Virus record (IMG/VR): IMGVR_UViG_3300010157_000061
Coordinates: 3,700 to 67,699 of that record
Direction: 5' to 3' (one strand)
Source: a virus
Lineage: Duplodnaviria > Caudoviricetes
Length of the DNA stretch: 64,000 nucleotides
Below are positions 58,095 to 64,000 of the stretch, in pieces (within the stretch, counting starts at the first letter, position 1; the number at the start of each line of letters is the position of its first letter). The translations under genes and the position numbers were made by a program. The notes beneath the pieces are model-generated. The model was not told the origin of the DNA. It worked only from the letters and a program-made list of their open reading frames with translations, and made no database searches.

Positions 58095-58388
58095 ATGCAA
58101 ACTATAAAAGTACGAATACCTTCTAAACTATATGAATCTTTTAAAAAGAAAGGATTCTTAAAAGAAGAAGAGCTTCAAGACGAAGCAGCTAAAGTAAGAC
58201 AGGAACCAAAAAGAGGAGGTCATATCGAATACATCATTACTTCAAATGATAAAGGAGAGGTAGAAAAAGAGGTAGCAGATATAAAAAAAAGATTTCCTTC
58301 AGGAGGCTATGGTACAACACTTAAAAAGATGTATCAAAAAGGTTCAACCTGGATAGCAATCGTATCACGTGGTCAATCATCAGATTAA
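58095..58388 (+). CDS. hypothetical protein between sheath and tube genes
   Basis: 97 aa; LYES/LKEE sites. Confidence 0.55.
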   Translation: MQTIKVRIPSKLYESFKKKGFLKEEELQDEAAKVRQEPKRGGHIEYIITSNDKGEVEKEVADIKKRFPSGGYGTTLKKMYQKGSTWIAIVSRGQSSD

Positions 58389-58444
58389 TCAAAAATAAGT
58401 TACAATTTTAGTAAACCAGTATATTTATATTAAATAAACAAAAC

Positions 58445-58930
58445 ATGAGCGTTTTAGACCCTAACGAAATATTTTTCACAGCATTTGAACCACAGGTACA
58501 AAACAGGTTCATTATGTATATCGACGGTATACCTTCTTACTTAGTTAAAAAGGCGTCAGCACCAGGCTTTGAAGCAGGTGAGATTATCTTAGATCACATC
58601 AACGTCTACCGTAAAGTAAAGGGTAAGGTTAGATGGAATGATATCACACTAGCTTTATACAATCCAATCACTCCTTCAGGAGCACAATCGGTAATGGAGT
58701 GGGCTCGTCTAGCACACGAATCTGTAACAGGTAGAGATGGTTATTCTGATTTCTACAAAAAAGACATCACTCTAAACTCTCTAGGACCAGTAGGTGATAT
58801 CATCGGAGAATGGATCATAAAAGGTGCTTACGTTAAGACTGCTACATTTGGTGATTATGATTGGTCTGCAGATGCAGCAATCGAATTAGCTGTAACACTA
58901 GCATGCGATTTTTGCGTTTTGAACTTTTAG
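58445..58930 (+). CDS. gp19: tail tube protein (gp19-like)
   Basis: FEP..NRFIMYIDGIP, WNDITL.LY.PI, YKKDI..LGPVGD..EW..KGA. Confidence 0.88.
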   Translation: MSVLDPNEIFFTAFEPQVQNRFIMYIDGIPSYLVKKASAPGFEAGEIILDHINVYRKVKGKVRWNDITLALYNPITPSGAQSVMEWARLAHESVTGRDGYSDFYKKDITLNSLGPVGDIIGEWIIKGAYVKTATFGDYDWSADAAIELAVTLACDFCVLNF

Positions 58931-58965
58931 ACTGTGTTCTAAATTTCTAATAAAAAATAAAATTA

Positions 58966-58996
58966 AAGTCCTCTATGAAAATAGGGGATTTTTTTT
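58966..58996 (+). terminator. Rho-independent terminator
   Basis: TCCTCTAT-gaaa-ATAGGGGA followed by T-run. Confidence 0.75.
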
Positions 58997-59038
58997 GTTT
59001 GTAGATATTTATATATAGATAAAAACATTTACAACGTT

Positions 59039-59809
59039 ATGCAAACACCAACACAATCGGCTTCAAAATTTAGCCTGCCTACTGAAACAGTAGAACTACC
59101 GTCAAAAGGATTATTATATCCAAAAGAATCGCCTCTATCAGAGGGTAAGATTGAGATGAAGTATATGACCGCAAAAGAGGAAGATATACTATCCAATAGT
59201 AACTACTTAAAAGATGGTACAGTTATTGATAAACTTCTACAAGCTCTAATCGTAACCAAGGTTAACTATGATGAGTTATTGATCGGAGATAAGAATGCTA
59301 TCTTGGTTGCTGCTCGTGTATTAGGATATGGTAAAGACTATACTTTTGAAACCGTTAATTCAAATGGTCAAAAAGAGAAGGTGACCTGTGACCTGTCTAA
59401 ACTAAGAGATAAGCCCTTAGATGAAACACTTGTTAAACAGGGTTTAAATGAGTTTTCTCTTGATCTTCCTACCACCGGTACTACTATTACATTTAAGCTA
59501 TTATCTCATGGAGACGACAAGAAGATCGATGCAGAGATTAAAGGCTTATTAAAGCTATCACCTAAAGGTTCTTTTGATAGAACCACAAGACTCAAACACA
59601 TCATCACATCAGTGAATGGAGATAGAGATCAAAAAGCTATCCGTGAATTTGTCGATAATTACTTGGTTGCAAAAGATTCAAGAGTATTGAGAAGTTATTA
59701 CGAAAAAGTATCTCCAGACGTAGAATTAAAACACTACTCAGACGATGCAGAGGAGGGCATTGATATCCCAATCGGGCTAGATTTTTTTTGGCCAGGGTCA
59801 GACGAGTAG
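59039..59809 (+). CDS. baseplate hub/tail assembly chaperone (gp26-like)
   Basis: VELPSKG..Y, MTAKEEDIL, GD.NAIL.AAR..GYG, C-terminal FFWP. Confidence 0.75.
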   Translation: MQTPTQSASKFSLPTETVELPSKGLLYPKESPLSEGKIEMKYMTAKEEDILSNSNYLKDGTVIDKLLQALIVTKVNYDELLIGDKNAILVAARVLGYGKDYTFETVNSNGQKEKVTCDLSKLRDKPLDETLVKQGLNEFSLDLPTTGTTITFKLLSHGDDKKIDAEIKGLLKLSPKGSFDRTTRLKHIITSVNGDRDQKAIREFVDNYLVAKDSRVLRSYYEKVSPDVELKHYSDDAEEGIDIPIGLDFFWPGSDE

Positions 59810-60056
59810 GATAGGTCTATTCTCAGAAATACACGAAATTGTGTTTCATGGTCAGGGAGGATATGATTGGGAGACGATCTATAATATGCCGATTTGGTTG
59901 AGGAAGTTCACTTATAACAAAATGAAAGTATATTACGAGAAGAAGAATGCTAGTAATAATACACAACCTCAAGACCCAGCTCAGATATTTAAACCCAATA
60001 TCCAACAACCTCCAGCAGACTATGTAACAAAAACTAAATCGGCGGCTAAGAAATAG
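59781..60056 (+). CDS. frameshift-extension ORF of tail chaperone (gp51/GT-like)
   Basis: frame opens right after TAG 59778-59780 at the T8 run: IFFGQGQTSRIGLFSEIHEIVFHGQGGYDWETIYNMPIWLRKF. Confidence 0.65.
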   Translation: MFFGQGQTSRIGLFSEIHEIVFHGQGGYDWETIYNMPIWLRKFTYNKMKVYYEKKNASNNTQPQDPAQIFKPNIQQPPADYVTKTKSAAKK

Positions 60057-60066
60057 TCGCCTTTTT
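60041..60066 (+). terminator. Rho-independent terminator
   Basis: GGCGGCTA-agaaa-TAGTCGCC followed by T5. Confidence 0.7.
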
Positions 60067-60096
60067 CCTATTTATATGTACAAAGTATAAAATATA

Positions 60097-62559
60097 ATGG
60101 CAAATACACCGTTTGATCAACAAGGCTTAGAGAATGCAGTCGACCAGAGTAGGGCGTTGGTAGATAATGCTAACGAGTTGCAGAGGATTTACAAGAAAGC
60201 TGGGTCAGCTATACAGGATACTTTTGCACAAGCTACAAAATCTCTATCTAAAGATCTAACCAACCTAGCTAGTCAGTTTGATAAGTTATCTACGAACGAT
60301 TTAAAAAGATTAGACGCTGCTAAATTACAGAAGAAACTTGCAGACGATATATTAAAGCTTCAACAAGAAGCAGGTAGAATCGAAAGAGGTACCTTACCTA
60401 TCGCGCAAAGACAGGCCGATCTTGCAAGAGCACTTAAGACTGCTGCTGAAAGGAGATACGCTATTGCAAAAGCATCTAACGGTGTAGATTCCCTAGCGGC
60501 AACTAGAGCAAAAGAGGTTCTAAACAGGGTTACAGAAATGAACGATAAAGCAAAAGAGAAGTTAAGAGTAGAACAAGATGCTGTTGACACTGCTAAAGAA
60601 TTAGTAACCCAAGCACAAGAACAAAACACTAACTTAGATGTGTATATTAAGAACTGGGATAAAGCAAACTTAAAAATTAAAGCAGGTGCAGGGCTATTAA
60701 AAGCTATGGGCAAGATCCCCATAGTCGGAAGTATAATGGATGCCGATGCGGGATTAAAAGCTATGAGTCTTTCAGCAAGACAGGGAGAAAATGTTTTCAA
60801 ATCATTCGGAAAAGGCATCTCAGCAGCATTTGAAGGTATCTCTAAATCAACTGTTATCCTAGCAATTATAGACGCTGTCTACAAAGTAGTTAAGTTTTTT
60901 GTAGAAGCAATGTTTGAAGCTGATAAGAATGTTACAGCACTCTCCCGTAGTATGTCTATCAGTAAAGATGAGGCCGGAGAGCTATACAAACAAATGTACA
61001 ATACAGCAACTGCTGCTAAGTATCATGCAACTCTACAAGAGGGTATACTTGTTTCACAGAAAGAGATCTTTAGAGCTCAAATGTCTTTTAATGAAGCAAT
61101 GGGAACTTCAGTGATGTTAACTGAGACTATGCAAACTCAATTAGCAGTAGCTCAAAGTGATATTAAATTGTCTGATGAGGCGATGATAGGATTAGCACAG
61201 AGTGCTTTAGCAACAGGTCAAGGAGTTGAAGATATAGAAAAAACCATATTAGGAACTACTGCCAGTATCCAAAAAGGAGTAGGCCTTAATCTAGATAACA
61301 AGAAAATTCTTGAATCTGTATTAAAACTCTCTGCAGGCATAAAGTTAAATTTTAAGGGTAACTATGAGTCTATGACCCTTGCAGTCACTCAAGCAAAAAT
61401 GTTAGGGACCACTCTTGAGAAGATAGACAGTACTACTAGCTCTTTATTAAATTTTGAATCATCGATTCAAGCTCAATTAGAGGCTGAACTACTTACAGGT
61501 AAAGAAATTAATCTAAATGCAGCTAGGTACTATGCACTAACCAATCAAACTGAGAAGCTAACAGATGAGATTGCTAAAAATATAGGAGATTACGATACAT
61601 ATTCGAAAATGACCCGTATCACTCAAGAATCTTATGCTAAATCTTTAGGAATGTCTAGAGACGATATGGCTGAGATGCTATTCCAGCAAAAAGCTATGAA
61701 TGCTTTGAAAAAAGCTGGAAATTACGATAACGGTAAGAGTTTATTGGAGAATTACAGGGTATTGAAAGATACAGGAAACCTTACAGATGAAATAAGAGAT
61801 GCTGCTGGAGCTACAGTCCTAAAAAATCTAGAAAATTTAGATGCACAGGAAAAATTTGCTAAAGCTCTAGATAAGGCAAAAGAAGCTTTTACTCAGTTAG
61901 TAACAGGGGGCACACTAGATAAATTAGCAAATCTAATCATAAAACTAGTAGATACTCTAACCGGTGGACAGGCTACTGCAGATGCAGCAGAACAAAAAAG
62001 ACAAGAAGCAGCGAAAACTACTGGCGATCAAAGCAAGCAGTTGCTAAGTCAAGCAGCAGATTTACAAAAGCAATCTGAAAGTAGTTCAAAAACAGCAGGA
62101 GCAGCTAAAGGAGCCAGCATGGGAATAGCAGCAGCAATCGGCGGATTAGTACTAGGCACTCTCTTAGATGTTACAGGTATTGGTGCTGCATTAGGCGTAC
62201 CTCTTCAAGCAGCTTCCTTAGCAACAATTACAGCAGCTCTAGGAACAGGTGCCGCTGTTGGAGCAGGTGCAGGATATCTAGGAGCAGAAGCACCAAAACC
62301 TACTGCAATGTCTGCAAAAGACTTTACCCTAAAAACCCTACCTGAAGACACCATTACAGTTCAGGGAGGAACTAAGCTAGGAAGAACAGATGAAATGGTT
62401 GCAGAATTAAAAGAGCAGAATCGTATTTTGATGGCTATCCTAGCCAAGGATACCACTATAAAGGTAGATGGCCAAACACTAGCAAATACCGTAGGTGTAA
62501 ACGTACCGGTGAGTTATGGAAATTTATTAAACCCAGGATCATCAACATATTATTCATAA
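60097..62559 (+). CDS. tape measure protein
   Basis: 820 aa Ala/Leu-rich helical protein after chaperone; LLNFESSI..LEAELLTGK..NL..AR motif. Confidence 0.75.
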   Translation: MANTPFDQQGLENAVDQSRALVDNANELQRIYKKAGSAIQDTFAQATKSLSKDLTNLASQFDKLSTNDLKRLDAAKLQKKLADDILKLQQEAGRIERGTLPIAQRQADLARALKTAAERRYAIAKASNGVDSLAATRAKEVLNRVTEMNDKAKEKLRVEQDAVDTAKELVTQAQEQNTNLDVYIKNWDKANLKIKAGAGLLKAMGKIPIVGSIMDADAGLKAMSLSARQGENVFKSFGKGISAAFEGISKSTVILAIIDAVYKVVKFFVEAMFEADKNVTALSRSMSISKDEAGELYKQMYNTATAAKYHATLQEGILVSQKEIFRAQMSFNEAMGTSVMLTETMQTQLAVAQSDIKLSDEAMIGLAQSALATGQGVEDIEKTILGTTASIQKGVGLNLDNKKILESVLKLSAGIKLNFKGNYESMTLAVTQAKMLGTTLEKIDSTTSSLLNFESSIQAQLEAELLTGKEINLNAARYYALTNQTEKLTDEIAKNIGDYDTYSKMTRITQESYAKSLGMSRDDMAEMLFQQKAMNALKKAGNYDNGKSLLENYRVLKDTGNLTDEIRDAAGATVLKNLENLDAQEKFAKALDKAKEAFTQLVTGGTLDKLANLIIKLVDTLTGGQATADAAEQKRQEAAKTTGDQSKQLLSQAADLQKQSESSSKTAGAAKGASMGIAAAIGGLVLGTLLDVTGIGAALGVPLQAASLATITAALGTGAAVGAGAGYLGAEAPKPTAMSAKDFTLKTLPEDTITVQGGTKLGRTDEMVAELKEQNRILMAILAKDTTIKVDGQTLANTVGVNVPVSYGNLLNPGSSTYYS

Positions 62560-62563
62560 CAAG

Positions 62564-64000
62564 ATGCCACTAATAACATCAAAGACAAACTTAAAGAGTT
62601 TAAAATACGGTAACGATAGACCAGGTAATGGATCTAGCGGTCAACCATATCTACAGTTTGCTATACCCGAAAATGCTACCAAAGAAGAACTAAACTACTA
62701 TCAAAACAATAAAAATAGCTTGGATTTTCCTGGCGTTGGAGCAGGTTTTGATCTAAACCAAGGAGGTGCATATGCTAGTCAAGCAGCTAAATACGATCAA
62801 TTACGTATCAGTAAGTTCTTCAAGGATAAGTCCAGAGGACCTTTATTCATAGCCAAACAAGAAGCTCTACAGTTAGCCAATCCTAAGATACAGACCGGAG
62901 ACAGTATTAGTTTTGGTTCGGATTTATCGTCAATTGGTATCCTTGAAAATACTAGAATCTATAATGGAGGTTTGAATACACTAGCCCAGGTCGGTGTACA
63001 GGGTACAGGGTTTCATTTCGATAGACATGGAACGGTACCAATAAATCCTTTCCAGGCTAAGTATGAATATGTAGCTAGTGAGACTCTATCCAATAATCCT
63101 AGGAGATTGGTTACCTTATATCAATCAAAGATACTAGGTGTAATTGGCGATGCAGCTACTAAAAAAGCAATGACTAAGTTAGCGATATCAAGTAATCCTA
63201 ACCTACTAATTCAGTATGCTGGCGGACCGACTTCGATAGGAGGTATAGGGTTAACAACTATACATAGGAGAGTTATTACAGGAGACACAGTAGAAGTAAG
63301 AGCTAGAGGTGGAGCAAACACAGTTGCTTACAATGTAGCACTACTTGCAGATATAAATCACAACGGAGGCAGTCTATCAGGTAGAAAAATATTCCCTACA
63401 GAGGAAAATTTGGTAGACCTATACACACTTAACATAGCTGATACTCCAACTGTAAACCCAACTATTCTTAAAACCTTTAATACAGGAAGTACTCTACCAA
63501 GAGTTGATTACACAGATCTAAAAATATTTCCACTTGGTATAGAGAAAGATGAAGTTTCAATACACAACTTTACCTACGCACTAAATTACCAGGGTTTAAA
63601 ATCAGCAGGAGAAAAGTCTCAAAATGGAATCTCAAGCATAAGGCAAGATTTTAGAAAAACTATAGTAGAGGAGCTACCCTTCGCTGCAGGTAAGGTACCT
63701 TACAACGATAATTATAGAAACGGTAAAAATCTTTCGCAAGGGTATGGAACAGGTGATCCTGGATCTCCAAGTAGATTAAGAGTAAATTACTCTGATATAA
63801 GCGAGATAGGTCAAGACATGGTAAACTACCAGGATATTATACCGAGATACGATTACACTAGAGACACTGTACCAAAGGACTTAATCAAGTTTAATATCGA
63901 AACAATCGAAGTAGATAGCCCGGATCAGCCAGGTGAAGGAGCAGCTGGTGCTAGCCTATTAGTATTTAGAGCTTTCTTGACTGCAATCCAAGACAATCAC
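62564..64000 (+). CDS. baseplate/tail-tube initiator-like protein (partial, runs off window)
   Basis: ATG 62564 MPLITSKTNLKSLKYG...; no stop seen to the window end (LVFRAFLTAIQDN); follows tape measure. Confidence 0.6.
   Translation, partial: MPLITSKTNLKSLKYGNDRPGNGSSGQPYLQFAIPENATKEELNYYQNNKNSLDFPGVGAGFDLNQGGAYASQAAKYDQLRISKFFKDKSRGPLFIAKQEALQLANPKIQTGDSISFGSDLSSIGILENTRIYNGGLNTLAQVGVQGTGFHFDRHGTVPINPFQAKYEYVASETLSNNPRRLVTLYQSKILGVIGDAATKKAMTKLAISSNPNLLIQYAGGPTSIGGIGLTTIHRRVITGDTVEVRARGGANTVAYNVALLADINHNGGSLSGRKIFPTEENLVDLYTLNIADTPTVNPTILKTFNTGSTLPRVDYTDLKIFPLGIEKDEVSIHNFTYALNYQGLKSAGEKSQNGISSIRQDFRKTIVEELPFAAGKVPYNDNYRNGKNLSQGYGTGDPGSPSRLRVNYSDISEIGQDMVNYQDIIPRYDYTRDTVPKDLIKFNIETIEVDSPDQPGEGAAGASLLVFRAFLTAIQDNH

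Noticed and set aside
206-60818. Minus-strand ORFs and short alternative-frame plus-strand ORFs in the track
   Set aside because: All are shadows overlapping longer, motif-bearing + strand genes and have no recognisable protein features.
1-64000. tRNA or rRNA genes
   Set aside because: Intergenic gaps are short and I saw no cloverleaf or T-loop signatures by eye; tRNAscan-SE would be needed to exclude them.

Overview
This is a 64 kb segment of a large T4-like (myovirus) phage genome. It is AT-rich, gene-dense, and every credible gene is on the + strand in genetic code 11. It carries most of the virion morphogenesis module: baseplate genes (gp5/gp25/gp6-like), large terminase, portal, prohead protease, scaffold, major capsid, neck, tail terminator, tail fibre, sheath, tube, tail chaperone and tape measure. 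It also has a gp55-like sigma factor, GH19 endolysin, endonuclease I, primase, YqaJ exonuclease, PhoH and two free-standing homing endonucleases. A-rich starts without Shine-Dalgarno sequences and Bacteroidota-type secretion and glycosylation signatures suggest a Bacteroidota host (inference). Main points: (1) A ~13.6 kb island (21.0-34.6 kb) of unrelated proteins shares short N-terminal tags: MIKLxx[IL][LF]xE in seven proteins, and RMQQLAGI-like in three. The second tag matches the C-terminal end of the scaffold protein. These proteins also have [LIMV]-x-E prohead-protease-type sites between domains. Together this is a candidate capsid-targeting and polyprotein cargo system whose cargo includes nucleotidyltransferases, a zincin protease and a nuclease. 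(2) An 11-bp core, ACCTTAGGAAC, marks a recombination event that stacked two tagged cargo genes. (3) TerL is encoded as two genes joined by an atypically split intein. (4) A TATTTAT late-promoter-like motif occurs at 23 gene starts. (5) A +1/-2 tail-chaperone frameshift is likely at a T8 run. All product calls come from motif recognition; no database search was run.
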